Part shown: piece after piece, positions 11,601 through 22,992 of the stretch | Layout: each line of letters begins with the position of its first letter | Numbering within the stretch: position 1 is the first letter of the stretch | Source of the DNA: Rhynchopus sp. YZ270_cl-10 | Lineage: Eukaryota | NCBI GenBank assembly: GCA_964035575.1 | Contig: OZ037844.1 | Location: 62,001 to 126,000 of the forward strand | Reading direction: 5' to 3' | Length of the DNA: 64,000 nucleotides | The notes under the pieces: model-generated | What the model saw: only the letters and a program-made list of their open reading frames with translations | Database searches by the model: none | Told to the model about the DNA's origin: nothing | Position numbers and translations under genes: made by a program

Positions 11601-14209
11601 TCCTTCTTCGTCCACGTCTCCAGGTAGGTCTCGTAGATCACCTCCTCAGAAGCCTTCCCGCTGCACTGCGCGTGGCACGCCATGTGCAGCACAAACGGGT
11701 TCCGCAGATGCACAAGTCCCTCAACGTCCTCCTCACGCACGAAGACTGTGCGCTCTTCCTTGTGGGCTGACTTATCCTTCTCCTTCTCCTCTTTGTGTTC
11801 CTTCTCCCAGGCTGTGTTTGCACGCTTGATGTACGTTCTCGCATCCACCTCTGTGAACGGCTGCATGTACAGAGCACGCACACCAGCCCCACACACACCA
11901 GACGGAGACGTGTCCACACCCTTCAGGTACTCACCACGCACAGTCACAACAACGCTGCAGTGTGCCTCCACCCACGGGTGCCGGCACAGAAGGCCACCCT
12001 CAGCCACCACAGCACCCACATCCTCCTGCGTCAGCCCCACCTCGTCCAGCGAGTCCAGCACCAGCACCACCTCGTACGTCTCCGCAAGGAACGCACGGTC
12101 CGCCTCCCGCAGCGCAAACGACTCCAGCACAAACCTGTCCAGCCCTCCCTTCTCAAGCAGGTGCTGCTTCACAGTCGGCAGCGCCACAAACACAGGGAAG
12201 TACGGCTTCGCATCCGCATGCTTCGCCACTTTGTTGCTGGTGCTATCGCTCTTCCTCGCACACGTTGCAAGGTCGCTCAGAATTGCAATCGAAGCAGACG
12301 TCTTCCCGCTCCCTCCTTCTCCGATCACACACAGCACACCACACTTCGGTTTCTTTCGCCTTTTAACTACGTTCTCCCTTACCTCAGGCGTGCCGATGGT
12401 AGTGGTGACGTCAGCACATTTCGATGTCTTCTTCTTCTTCTTCTTGTTCTCCTGCTGAAGACTTGCCTCACCAGTGTTCATCTTCGTGTCCGCGTTTGTG
12501 CCCGCTGCAGACGTCGGACTCCTACGTACACGTGCACGAAGCCACCTCCGCACCTCCTTCATCAGCGGACGTGTCTCCGACTCATCCACACGTGTGTCGT
12601 CCCCCACACGCCCCTCCACGTACTGCGCAAGGTAGTCCTTGAAGAACGCGACTGTGTGTCCCATCACTTCCTGCAGCGCACCCACCTGCTCAGCCGCACT
12701 CGTCTCCCCCACACGCATACCCACACCCGCATCAACATCCACACCAGAACACACCTCCTGCATCACAATCACGTCAAAGCGCAGCCCCATCATCCGCAGC
12801 AGCGTCGGAGAAAGCTTCCACTGCACCCGGTACTCGATGTTCGCTGTGTACAGCAGCTCGTCCTCCGAAGCATACACAGACGAGAACTTCACGTCTGCAG
12901 CACCCTCCTTCGCCACCACCACAAAGAACGTGCCACCCTTCCCGTACATGAAGCTCCGAGCCACATCCCGCTTCAGTGTTGTCGACGTGAAGCAGCTCCA
13001 CACAATGTGCGTCCCCAGCGCGTACTTCGCAGACACATTCACATTGATCCCGCGGAACACAGTCCGCAGCTGCTTCCGCCGGTTCCCAATCAGCCGGTCC
13101 AGACCACGGATCAGCGGCGCAAAGATCGCAATCACGTGCAGCTGCGGAGGTGCGGGCGAGAGCTCAAACACGTTCGGTGCTGTATTCTCAGGTGTCCCCT
13201 TCCACTCCTTCACCGCAGCCAGCTGCCCCACAGCACGCATCGCAGTGTTCATCGTCATGTACAGCGCAAGCGACTGTGAAACAGCACGACTCCCGTGGTT
13301 GTCCAGCACAGCCCGCTCCGTCAGTTTGATGTATCGCAGCTTCCCGTCAGGCCCTTTCGCAATCTGCGGTGTCCCGTCGTCCTCGTCGCACACAACATCC
13401 CCGCCGCTGTCCAGCACATACTCCACGCAGTCAGACGTGAACAGGAACCCCGACAGCAGCAGCTCAAACGGGTCGCATGCCGCCATCCAGTCCTCCACCT
13501 CCACGTGCCCACCACGTGTCTCCGCAGCCTCCCTCCGTCCTCTGATGTCCTCCAGCAGACGCTTGCACACCACACGGAACCCCGCCTCCATGTGCCGCAC
13601 GTGTTCGTCTGTGTAGCCCAATGGCGGATCCACCTTTGGCAGACCACGCAGCCAGCACAGCAGGTCTTGACCTCCATTGCTGTTCTTGTTGTTGTTGTCG
13701 TTGTCTGCTTTACGCAGCCACTCCACCTTCCGTCCGTCTGTGTGCCGCAGTGCACCCGTGTCCCCATCAAGATCGTCCTCTCCCAGGTGTCTGTCCATGT
13801 GAGGGTCCGTAAGAGGTGCTGTCGTTGCATCTCCACTGCTCCGTTCCACCGCCACACCTGTTGTTGTTGTTGTTGTGGCGACACCATCAGTGAGGTACAC
13901 CTGCACAGCATCCTCCACCTCCACAAGGATCTCTGCTGCGTGCGCCCCCAGCTCCGCCTCAAGTCGCCCCCGCACATCCGCGTTCCTGTGCTGCAGTGCG
14001 TACCACAGCGGCACCTTCCCGTCCCTGTCACGCACATTCCCTGCCCCGTTCTGCACAAGAAACCGCACTGCCTCCACATCCCCCGCAAGCACGGCACTGT
14101 GCAGCATTGTCCTCCCGTCCACGCTGTCCACTGCGTCCACGGGCCTCTCCCTCCCAGTAATCCCCTTTGCAATCTCGTCCTTTTCAGGCTTCGAAGCTCC
14201 GGATCCCAT
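8654..14209 (-). CDS. NLR-like STAND protein: myristoylation motif, ankyrin repeats, ADP-ribosyltransferase domain, NACHT NTPase, pentapeptide repeats, about 14 WD40 repeats (1851 aa)
   Basis: Starts MGSGAS. ANK: GRTMLHSAVLAGDVEAVRFLVQNGA. ART motifs VFRG, FTSTT, SEDELLY. Walker A GEGGSGKT, Walker B LVLDSLDE. Pentapeptide stretch SLRGICVSNCDLRGSLFVETVLTGASF. Repeated GH..V..VAVTPDG..VVSCS.D.TVRVWD. Confidence 0.92.
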   Translation of the reverse strand: MGSGASKPEKDEIAKGITGRERPVDAVDSVDGRTMLHSAVLAGDVEAVRFLVQNGAGNVRDRDGKVPLWYALQHRNADVRGRLEAELGAHAAEILVEVEDAVQVYLTDGVATTTTTTGVAVERSSGDATTAPLTDPHMDRHLGEDDLDGDTGALRHTDGRKVEWLRKADNDNNNKNSNGGQDLLCWLRGLPKVDPPLGYTDEHVRHMEAGFRVVCKRLLEDIRGRREAAETRGGHVEVEDWMAACDPFELLLSGFLFTSDCVEYVLDSGGDVVCDEDDGTPQIAKGPDGKLRYIKLTERAVLDNHGSRAVSQSLALYMTMNTAMRAVGQLAAVKEWKGTPENTAPNVFELSPAPPQLHVIAIFAPLIRGLDRLIGNRRKQLRTVFRGINVNVSAKYALGTHIVWSCFTSTTLKRDVARSFMYGKGGTFFVVVAKEGAADVKFSSVYASEDELLYTANIEYRVQWKLSPTLLRMMGLRFDVIVMQEVCSGVDVDAGVGMRVGETSAAEQVGALQEVMGHTVAFFKDYLAQYVEGRVGDDTRVDESETRPLMKEVRRWLRARVRRSPTSAAGTNADTKMNTGEASLQQENKKKKKKTSKCADVTTTIGTPEVRENVVKRRKKPKCGVLCVIGEGGSGKTSASIAILSDLATCARKSDSTSNKVAKHADAKPYFPVFVALPTVKQHLLEKGGLDRFVLESFALREADRAFLAETYEVVLVLDSLDEVGLTQEDVGAVVAEGGLLCRHPWVEAHCSVVVTVRGEYLKGVDTSPSGVCGAGVRALYMQPFTEVDARTYIKRANTAWEKEHKEEKEKDKSAHKEERTVFVREEDVEGLVHLRNPFVLHMACHAQCSGKASEEVIYETYLETWTKKEMASGGVAVADADAVSDVSLEDVMRAGELVACRMLETNEWQGTVGVASEVLVSQHGVCEAVRDACFRCLPFRIEDFGEERSAFTFRHKSLGEHLAARRLARDPARTLGTLVQRSFSKDSQRVLGFFAALVCGDSVLYEGACTELLAAVKATRGSAGDSGDGAVTAGSNAAALLARARIPVSGESLRGICVSNCDLRGSLFVETVLTGASFSNCWLEHTEFHTCNMGGTMLPDCSLGTPLPVLQYRAHNVAMTPDGSQMVTGGKDGRVHVWSMSSGEEVMVLKGHSNCITRVAVTPDGTRVVSCSDDKTVRVWDMHTRRAVFVLNISKGDEGWVENVAVTPDSSKFVSTSREDGIRVWDLSTGMEVLAIKAPGILSMVITKDGSQIVTCSLKTLCVWDLVTGKQEMQWPCCVKSIYNRVSHALAVTPDSSKFVSTSREDGIRVWDLSTGMEVLAIKAPGILSMVITKDGSQIVTCSLKTLCVWDLVTGKQEMQWPCCVKSIYNRVSHALAVTPDGCHVVSCSDGAHVWNLSTGAEVMVLHAEAQLQAVAVTPDGCHVVAGSVSGNVHVWSISTGKEVTVLQGHTRPVSTVAVSPDGCQVVSCSTDGTVRVWNITTGKEAPGFEGVSGGCVSVAPDGSIISYGGKWPSIWNASTGRQTQVVEEGITSHCDAVAVSPDGSHVVYCSCDDAGERRAYVWEVATGKVQPLCTDSSEFAVFLKQCRELLFFAVSPDASHVVTCSKSSDLLDSSSLTEEENKSCFYRTYVWRRPTWNKASVHAGTTGDRCPNGGVVAPGGLLLCSWGNDVSLLNLDTGEEMVFEGHTQDVTDVDMARDGSRFVSCSQDNTVRVWDVASGKEVFTLEHDRSVCSVCSVALTPDGAHVVSSPERSLTVWSMTTGEKVAMIMAPHYLYSVAVSPDGREVICSCGDSTVRVWTICTGEDGTIDGLRLKRVIGVPATVPRAFGCRNADAVEPELARRILCAVDK
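10065..10594. repeat. Exact in-frame 258-bp tandem duplication covering two WD40 repeats
   Basis: GTGACTGCCAGTGCATGCGATACTC starts at 10071 and again at 10329. The 86-aa block is repeated verbatim in the translation. Confidence 0.92.
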
Positions 14210-15084
14210 CTTCCTCAATGTGTCGTGTGTTCGTTCACAGGTTGGTGTGTTGCCCCTGTTTTTGTTGTGGTATTCAGAAAAAGAAAAAAATATTCCAGGA
14301 AACCCAATTCAGAGGGAATCCATGCAATGCACCCATGCATTGTACGGCCAAAAAATGCAACTTCACCGCAGCTGCAAAAAGTTGTCCATTTTGTTGTGAC
14401 AATCAAGGACACAGATTTTGTATTGTGAACAAAGGTGGCCCTGGAGAAATGAACACGGCGGGAGGAAGAAGGGATATCAAAAGGACTTTTGTTGTTGGCC
14501 TGCAGCATTCATGACTCTGGTGGGGTGGGGGGGTGGGGGGAGGGCTGTCAATCCTTCTCATCCCAACATTGCACGACAAAAATACGTCTTTTTTTTACAA
14601 ACATTCAGGAACAAAAAAAAATACAAACCCCCAAAATCCGCCAATATTATTTGGTGACATTTTTCTTTTTTTTGATCGCCAAGTTTCTTGTCCAACTGTA
14701 AGTGAACAGGTGACTACAATGCTGGTTGACCGCAAAAATGGTCTCTCAGGTAATTTTTTGTTGTTGGGTTTTAAAACCCCAACGAAGGATAAGGCGTGGG
14801 AACAAAGGTGTATTTTGGGGGGACGTTGATTGTGGCTAATCCTTGTGCAGCCTTGGCTTAATACACATAAGTTTACCTAGGTAAACTGAAACACACATAC
14901 ACCTGGGGTTATATTATGCGCAAGAATTACCCCTTTTCTAAGTTTTCGTTCTCAAACACACCAAACATTGCGTTGTAAGCTGCTCTCACCTCTAAAAAAA
15001 AAAGTCTAAAATCCCCATATGTACATCCCCCCTCCCCACTCCTCCCCCGTTTACATTTATCCTTGCTCTTTCTCTCTCGCCTTC

Positions 15085-15803
15085 TTATTTGCATTTCTCC
15101 AGAAGTGCGCGGATCTCTTTGATCTGCTTGTCCATGGCAGGGCCACCGTCGTTTTCCAATGCCAGCGCCTTTTGCAGACAGGCCTTAGCTTCTGCAGGCT
15201 TCTTTGTGTCAATGAGAAGCTGGGCAAGAACGTGGAGTGCAGAGTGTGTGGGACGTGCGGCGATGCTTTTGTTGAGGTATGCAAGAGCCTCTTCGTTGGT
15301 GCCGTGCAGTGGGTCTGCTAGGGCACGTGCCGCGATCTTAAGGAAGTACGACATGTTGGCAACCTGGTAGTGCCACTTCCCCACGATGTACAACGGAATC
15401 GGGTCGCTAGGGTCCAGTTCTGCTGCTTTTGCGGCCCAGTTTTTGATGTCGTGCGCGCTCGCCACCTTCTCGGTTTTCTCAACAAGATCCCCCTTCAGCG
15501 AGGTGCATATGGACATGAACTTCCACCCCGCAGACACCCCAGGGTGCTGTGCGCTGCACTTCCGGGCGCTTTCGAACCCTTCGGTGTAGAGGGCTTTGAG
15601 CTCGTCTTTGTGTTTGCCTCCTTTCGCTTCGATGGCACGTCCTTCGTCTGCACAGGCGCGTGCATGCCACCAGAGGGCTTCTGCGCTTTCGTGACCTTGT
15701 GTACGCTTCAGGGTATCGCCTAAGAGCGCACGCAGGGCGGCGTGCTGGCTGCTGTTGTAGAGGGTGTGCGCTTCTTGGGGGATGCCGGCAGCACTGCTGA
15801 TGC

Positions 15804-15863
<60 letters not shown>

Positions 15864-17736
15864 TTTGTCTTGGTGGTGGGCTATGCTGTGCAATCTGTGT
15901 CGTGTATGGTGACGTTGTTGGTGCTGGTGCAGACGCCCCAACCTGCGCAACGAGCAATGTGAGGTTGCAGAACGCAGCCTGCGTATGTGTGTCGCGCATC
16001 GCCACCACGCGTGTCCCCACAGACGCAGCCGTCGTGCCCACAGCAAGCAGCCGCTTCGGCACCGCGTCCTCCCAGATCTCAAGGTTCGTCGCCACCGCTG
16101 ACGGCGCAGTGTCTGGCGGCAGCGGCATCGTATGCGATGCCATCCACTGCCCTTTACTGCTGGTCTCGGTCTTGAACTTCTGCGCCAACGACGGCAGAAT
16201 CACTTTCACAAAGAGCGCGCCGGACACCTTCAGGTCTGACGCATTTTGCACGGTGATCTTAATCTTCGATGCCCCCCCTCCTCCTCCTCCTCCTCCTCCT
16301 CCTCCGAATGCTGGCTGCGGCGCGGACACCACACGCTGCGTCTCTTGCGCGTATTGTGCGTTCTGCGCAGCATACGTCGGGACCGGGTCGGGAAAGAAGC
16401 CCTCCTTTGGCGTCTCGATGTGGTACTTCCTCCTCTGCTCCTCACGCGTTGCGTGGAAGTCGCGCCACTCCCCAAAGCGCTTGCGCTCTGCAGGCACCTG
16501 CGGCAACGCCTTAGGCTTCCCCACTTCCATAGCGCTTCCTGCGAGCACCTTTGCCTGCGCCTTTGCTAATGACATCAGCTGGTACCCCTTCTCTGTCAGC
16601 ACCTTTGGCCCAAGCTGCTCCTTCATCATGGGAACGTTGTAGTAGAGAGGCAGCAGAATCAACGCATACAAAGTGACACCAAGGAACGCCCACCGCCACA
16701 ACGTTACAGGAATGCCAAAGAGAAAGGCACCTACAGTCAGCGCAAGGAAGGTATGATAGACCCCGTTTGCTGCCTCCTTTTTACGCCAAGTCAGCACTTC
16801 GCCTGCGAAGTCGCAGATGTCAAGCATCTGAGACAACCAGACATACGCAATCCGCCGTATCGCACCCTGCTTCAACATCAACGTTGCGATGTCACCTCTC
16901 GCGTTCACAATCTCCTGCAACTCAGGCATCGTCTGCCTCAATGCCCCTGCAGGCATCCTCGACACCTTTTTTGTATACATCTCGAGCGAAAAATTGTACG
17001 AAGACACCCAATTCGGTCCGTTCGTCTTTTTTTGATGATGTGTCCAATAAAACAAGGCGACCACCATAAAAGGAAGCAACGCATCCAGGCCGTATGTGGT
17101 GCGGAAGAAAAGACAGAGCACGAGAAGAAGCTGTCCCATGCAGGCAAAGGGCTTTATCCACATGAAGTTGTCCACCACGAAGAAGAAGATGGCGGCCAGT
17201 CGGTAGAGGTACTGCAGCAGCACGAAGACCTTGCGGAGGAGCACGTCGTTGCTGACCTCGAGGTTGCTGTAATGCAGTGCATCGTCCTCAGCGGTGTCCT
17301 CCGTGGTGCCAGAGAGAAACGCCGCAAACGGCGAGTAGTTGTACCCCCACTTCACCTCAATACTGCCGTAGTCCTTCACCCGCGCGTCCTTCTTGTTTTC
17401 AAACTCGCGTGGATACTGCAGCTCATACCAGCCCTCAAACTCCCCCTCCTCCACCCCAACCTCAATAGTTACCTCTCCCATCGGGTCGTCTTTATTGCCC
17501 AGATCTTTGTCCATGACACGTAGGCGTAGGGTGTCTGTTGGTGCCACTACGTCGAAGAGCATCTCATGGTTCCAAACAGGTTTGTCGGTTTTGAGACATA
17601 CATCCGTTGTTTTGGACTGAAGGTGCGTGCCTGAGCCGAATTCGACAATCACATAAGGATCGTCATTGGAGTGCACCAGGTCTTTTGCTTGGTTCACGTA
17701 GAGCAGCATCTGGCCTGAGCGTTTGTACGGAGGCAT
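15085..17736 (-). CDS. C2-domain multi-TM (MCTP-like) protein with a second C2-like domain, poly-Gly linker and C-terminal RMDN/RMD-1-type TPR domain, 883 aa
   Basis: C2: DPYVIVEF..TDKPVWNHEMLF..LRVMDKD...DDPMGEV. Two hydrophobic blocks. C-terminus LWWHARA..KAAELDPSDPIPLYIVGKWHYQVA..GTNEEALAYLNKS resembles RMD-1. Confidence 0.85.
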
Positions 17737-17857
17737 GGTGGTTTGGGAAGGGGGGGTAGGGGGTCTGGTGAAGTATGCATATAAGGAGTGTGGGGAGAGG
17801 AGTGAGGCGATATAGAGAGAGAGTCAGTATAAAACAAGATCACTATGTTTCGCCACA

Positions 17858-18040
17858 GCCTTGCTGATGATTTCACACCCTCTTTAGCGTCGATCTGGTG
17901 TGTGTTTCAATCACTCGCGGATCGACTACGCAACCAGCGACACTCCCGGCCTACGTTACGCATTACCAAAAAGCTAAAACAAAACCCCATCTACCTCACT
18001 GCCTCTCACACAATGTCAAGGCCACTCTCGACCCAAGGTA
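17858..18040 (-). mobile_element. Short 3' fragment of the YR-retrotransposon remnant found in the ankyrin tandem unit
   Basis: TGTTTCAATCACTCGCGGATCGACTACGCAACC...CTACCTCACTGCCTCTC also occurs at about 28283, 41008, 44454 and 47636. Confidence 0.7.
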
Positions 18041-18270
18041 GCCCACACCCGAAAACACAAAAACAAGACACACAAGAAACCCGTGTGTCACATGTGTTTC
18101 CGCCTCGTTGTGAATTTTTCTGAAAAAAAGGTCCTCAAATCACACTATAACCCTTGGGTTCTTTCTTTGTTTTTGAGCATGGCTGCAGCCTTGTACCCCA
18201 TCCGAGTCGATTCCGACCCAGAGTGGGGTCCCTTCCTCTCAAGTCTGCCCAAAACGACGAGTCCACAGCA

Positions 18271-19953
18271 TCATTCTTCTGCACCGTGCTTGAGGAGAAC
18301 CTGCTCCACATCTGTATGTTGTTTCTGCCTCGCATGGTGCAACGCAGTGTGGCCCCAAAAATCCCTGAGGTTCACATCCACCTTGTTCAACCCCACAAGA
18401 TAGCGCACAGTCTCGGTGTGTCCATGATGTGCCGCAAAAATAAGACATGTGTTACCTTGGTCGTCTACTGCACACACGTCCACACCTGCTTCCACCAACA
18501 TCTGCAGAATGTCGAGTTCCCCAACCTCACAAGCACAACGAAGAGATGTGCCTCCTCGGCGATTCTGCGCATTAACATCTGCCCCTGCATCAATGAGCAG
18601 CTGCACCACATCTGAGTGTTTATTTGCTATTGCGCGGTGCAGTGGAGTGAAGCCACTTCTATCTGACGTATTCACATCCACCCCAGGCATGCACAGAAGA
18701 GTACGCACAGTCTCGATGTGTCCATTGTGTCCAGCCGCAAGCATAAGACACGTCTCTCCTGTATCGTCTGTGACACACACGTCCGCACCTGCTTTGAGCA
18801 ACACCTCCACAACACGGAGATTCCCACACTCGCTCGCCAAGAAGAGTGGCGAACGTCCGTGCTGCTTGTGCCTAATCTCAATGTCTGCCCCTGCATCAAT
18901 GAGCACCTCCACCACATCTGCATGATTGTGCTGAGCTGCTGCGAGCAACGAGGTGAAGCCTTTCTTATCCTTGTGACTCAGGTCGACCTGCGGCAAACCC
19001 ACAAGATAGCGCACAGTCTCGGTGTGTCCATGATATGACGCAATCGAATGACATGTAAGTCCATAGCTGTCTGTGGCATGCACTTCCGCACCTGCTTCCA
19101 CCAACATCTTCACAAGAGGGAGTGCCCCACGGCTGCTTGTTTGGGTAAGAGGTGTCCTTGAGACCTTGTCCTTTGTCTCGATGTCTGCCCCTGCATCAAT
19201 AAGAACCTTCACCACATCTACGTGCTTTCGACGTACTGCACAGGACAACGCAGACAAGTCGTCAACACCTTTGTGATTCACGTTCACACCCTGCAAGCCC
19301 TTCAAACCCACAAGATAACGCACAGTCTCGGTGTGTCCATGATATGCCGCAAGGAAAAGACATGTGTTTCCGTAGTTGTTTGTGGCACACACTCCCGCAC
19401 CTGCTTCAACCAACATCTTCACAACTGCGAGTGCTCCTGAACAGCAAGACCAGTGCAGAGGCGAACGTCCCATGTCGTCCTTTGTCTCGATGTCTGCCCC
19501 TGCATCAATGAGCACCTGACACACTGCAGGGTCCTCCCACATGGCTGGACAGGGTCGGTCTTCTTCTTCCTCCTGCCCGTGTGGGACAAACGCAACGTTG
19601 CTGCAGACTGACTTCCAATGCTGCAAGAGGACCTCCGTGCACGCAGTGTGGTCTGCGTGGACGCACTCACTCAGCAGCATCCCGAAGCCCATCTGCGTTG
19701 TCTCAACATACGGAAGAAGCAGTGCGAGGCATTCATCGTGGTTCCCTCTGCATGCCTCGTGCACAGCATCGAAGGCAACCGTTTTGCTGTCTGTGTCTGG
19801 GCTGAGCTTCTCAAGTCCCGCCCGCACGGCAGTCGTGTCGCCGTTCCTGGCAGCCTCCACCAAGACCTCGTCTGCAGAAAGCTCTCTTCTCTTTGGTGCC
19901 TTCTCGTCAGGTGTGCTGTCTGCGTGTTGCTCCTTCGACGTGGTGAGACCCAT
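18271..19953 (-). CDS. Ankyrin-repeat paralog 1 (intact, 560 aa, MGLTTS start, 4 three-repeat modules)
   Basis: ATG at 19953. Repeated G.TPL..A...GH..VV..L..AGAD. Ends LLKHGAEE-TGA. Confidence 0.92.
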   Translation of the reverse strand: MGLTTSKEQHADSTPDEKAPKRRELSADEVLVEAARNGDTTAVRAGLEKLSPDTDSKTVAFDAVHEACRGNHDECLALLLPYVETTQMGFGMLLSECVHADHTACTEVLLQHWKSVCSNVAFVPHGQEEEEDRPCPAMWEDPAVCQVLIDAGADIETKDDMGRSPLHWSCCSGALAVVKMLVEAGAGVCATNNYGNTCLFLAAYHGHTETVRYLVGLKGLQGVNVNHKGVDDLSALSCAVRRKHVDVVKVLIDAGADIETKDKVSRTPLTQTSSRGALPLVKMLVEAGAEVHATDSYGLTCHSIASYHGHTETVRYLVGLPQVDLSHKDKKGFTSLLAAAQHNHADVVEVLIDAGADIEIRHKQHGRSPLFLASECGNLRVVEVLLKAGADVCVTDDTGETCLMLAAGHNGHIETVRTLLCMPGVDVNTSDRSGFTPLHRAIANKHSDVVQLLIDAGADVNAQNRRGGTSLRCACEVGELDILQMLVEAGVDVCAVDDQGNTCLIFAAHHGHTETVRYLVGLNKVDVNLRDFWGHTALHHARQKQHTDVEQVLLKHGAEE

Positions 19954-20483
19954 GGAGTAAATGGTCAAGGTGACGTGAGTCCTGGAGGTGAGGGAGGGTG
20001 TGTGTGATATAAACATCATTCACTCTTGTTCATGACCAACTCGATCAAAAAATGAAAGGTGGAGAGAAGGAAACACACACAGTTTTGTTAGAACTGTTTT
20101 ATCTAAAACCGACCCCACTAACGGAATAAACCTTGACAGAGAGGATGCAAAAGTCAAAAGCATTACATAATATGGAGGAGTTGTCTTGGGTTCGTTTTAT
20201 TCAGAATCAAAACAAAAAAGTGCACACAGAGGAAGGCGCTACTGAAGAATTTTACTTTGAAACACAAATGTTGTGAATGAGAAACGCTTCGCCATCGGCA
20301 GAAATATATTACTTGTCCCTTTCGAGCTGAACTCTTTATTCTGTGACATGTTTTGCTTCTTTCCTGCAGCCAGGATAACCATCACACCAAACAGTTCTTA
20401 TTTCAAAGATGAACCAAGCCTCGCGCACGTCATCTAAAAGTGACGTTGTTGATACTTCAGGAATGCAAGCACGGAATTAAAAA

Positions 20484-20628
20484 CACGTAATTGCTATCGA
20501 AAAAAACGGGGTATGCTATGCTGTGGATATGGGGGGACCCACGCTCCTGGTGCTCACCCTGTAGAAATAATCTACAACACGCCCAGCACTCTAGGTATGC
20601 GAAAACGCTCTTCGTACGCTGCCAGACA
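20484..20628. repeat. Inverted partial copy of the element at 39280-39730
   Basis: CCTGTAGAAATAATCTACAACACGCCCAGCA..AACGCTCTTCGTACGCTGCCAGAC is the reverse complement of about 39600-39677. GTAATTGCTATCG..AAAAAAACGGGGT matches that element's terminal repeat. Confidence 0.75.
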
Positions 20629-20900
20629 CAATTCGTCTTACTAGTAATACGTGGCTTTCCCAGCAAAAAAAAATCCCACCCGATGGTCAAAACACCCGAT
20701 TTTTACCCCTTTTTTGCATTTTTCGGTGCCCCAAGACCCAAAGGAAGGTTGTGGAAAAACAAAAAATAAAAGCTTTAACAACAAGATGAGAAGTTCAGCA
20801 CTCAACACTGTATTGTGAGAAAACAGTGTTTCCATCAAGAAGAAGAGAAAGTGATGAATAAAATACAGGTGCTGTACGCTGGCGTCCAACTGTCACAGCA

Positions 20901-22615
20901 TCATTCTTCTGCACCGTGCTTGAGGAGAACCTGCTCCACATCTGTATGTTGTTTCTGCCTCGCATGGTGCAACGCAGTCTCGCCACTATAATCCCTGTGG
21001 TTCACATCCACGTTCAAGCCCGCAAGATAGCGCACAGTCTCGGTGTGTCCACAATGTGCCGCAACAATAAGGCATGTGGTGCTATAGTCGTCCACCACAC
21101 ACACGTCTGCACCTGCTTCCACCAACATCTGTGCACTGTCGAGTTCCCCACCCTTACAAGCATAGTGAAGAAGTGCGCTTCCGGTGCTGTTCTTTGCCTC
21201 AACATCTGCCCCTGCATCAATCAGCAGCTGCACCACATCTGAGTGCTTCTTTGCCATTGCGCCGCGAAGTAAAGTGAAGCCCACGATATTTGACTGATTC
21301 ACGTCCACCCCAGGCATGCACAGAAGAGTACGCACAGTCTCGGTGTGTCCATTGACAGCCGCAAGTGTAAGACACGTATCTCCTTCGTTCGCTGTGACAC
21401 ACACGTCCGCACCTGCTTTGAGCAACACCTCCACAACACGGAGATTCCCACGTTGGCTAGCCACGAGGAGTGGCGAACGTCCGTCGTTGTGCTTAACCTC
21501 AATGTCTGCCCTGCATCAATGAGCACCTCCACCACATCTGCACCCCGCTTCTCAACTGCTCCGAGCAACGAGGTGAAGCCATTCTCAGCCTTGTGACTCA
21601 CGTCGACCTGCGGCAAACCCACAAGATAGCGCACAGTCTCGGTGTGTCGAAATCCTGCAGCAAGAATAAGACATGTAAATCCATCCTTTTGTGTGGCACG
21701 TACGTCCGCACCTGCTTCCACCAACATCTTCACAATTGGCTGACTCCCTTTCTGGCAAGCATATATCAGAGGTGTCCATAAGTCCTTGTTCCTTGTCTCG
21801 ATGTCTGCCCCTGCATCAATAAGAACCTTCACCACATCTGCGTGCTTTCGATCTGCTGCACAGAACAACGCAGACAAGTCGTCAACAGATTTGTGATTCA
21901 CGTTAACATCCTGCAAGCCCTTCAAACCCACAAGATAACGCACAGTCTCGGTGTGTCCATGATATGCCGCAAGGATAAGACATATGCTTCCGTAGTTGCA
22001 CGTACCACACACTCCCGCATGTGCTTCAACCAATATCTTCACAACTGCGAGTGCTCCTGAACGGCAAGACCAGTGCAGAGGCGAACGTCCAATGTCGTCC
22101 TTTGTCTCGATGTCTGCCCCTGCATCAATGAACACCTGAAACACTGCAGGGTCCGCCCACATGGCTGGACAGGGTCGGTCTTGTCTGTCCTCCTGCCCGT
22201 GTGGGACAAACGCAACGTTGCTGCAGACTGACTTCCAATGCTGCAAGAGGACCTCCGTGCACGCAGTGTGGTCTGCGTGGACGCACTCACTCAGCAGCAT
22301 CCCGAAGCCCATCTGCGTTGTCTCAACATACGGAAGAAGCAGTGCGAGGCATTCATCGTGGTTCCCTCTGCATGCCTCGTGCACAGCATCGAAGGCAACC
22401 GTTTTGCTGTCTGTGTCTGGGCTGAGCTTCTCAAGTCCCGCCCGCACGGCAGTCGTGTCGCCGTTCCTGGCAGCCTCCACCAAGACCTCGTCTGCAGAAA
22501 GCTCTCTTCTCTTTGGTGCCTTCTCGTCAGGTGCGCTGTCTGCGTGTTGCTCCTCCCTGAACTGCCTCCGTCCCTGACAACAACACAGAAGCCGCAAGGG
22601 TAGGGTCACATCCAT
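20901..22615 (-). pseudogene. Ankyrin-repeat paralog 2, 1-bp frameshift, 4 modules
   Basis: Split ORFs 21299-22705 and 20901-21464. At about 21509, ATGTCTGCCCTGC lacks one C of the CCCC found in other repeats. This could be a homopolymer sequencing error. Confidence 0.8.
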
Positions 22616-22992
22616 TGTGTTATTTATGATTCCTTTGCGTTGAATGCACTGGTGTGGAATGTTGGGCTTCAGGGTGCTGCCGGCGACAGGTGGCCGGGAA
22701 AACACTGCATGAATACCCGATGGGTGTGGTCATGCTCACTATGGTACCCAAAACGCTTGGAAAACAAAAAATGGCTATTTTTTCTCGAGAGAAAAGTCAT
22801 TTTCCTTCACGAGTGTTTTTCTTTGCACGCAAAGGAAACACGAGTGAAGGAAAACGGCTGTTCTCGAGAGGAAAACAGTGATTTGTTACATTTTTCCAGT
22901 GCTTGAATCACAGGAATACACTTTTCTTCACTAAATTCATATCACGAAATAGGAGCAAAGACAAGGCACGACTCTGCCACGAGGCCACGAGG

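Noticed and set aside
10658..14428. Long plus-strand ORFs opposite the genes (also 15764-16642, 53214-55293)
   Set aside because: They are antisense shadows of GC-rich coding sequence with no recognisable motifs.
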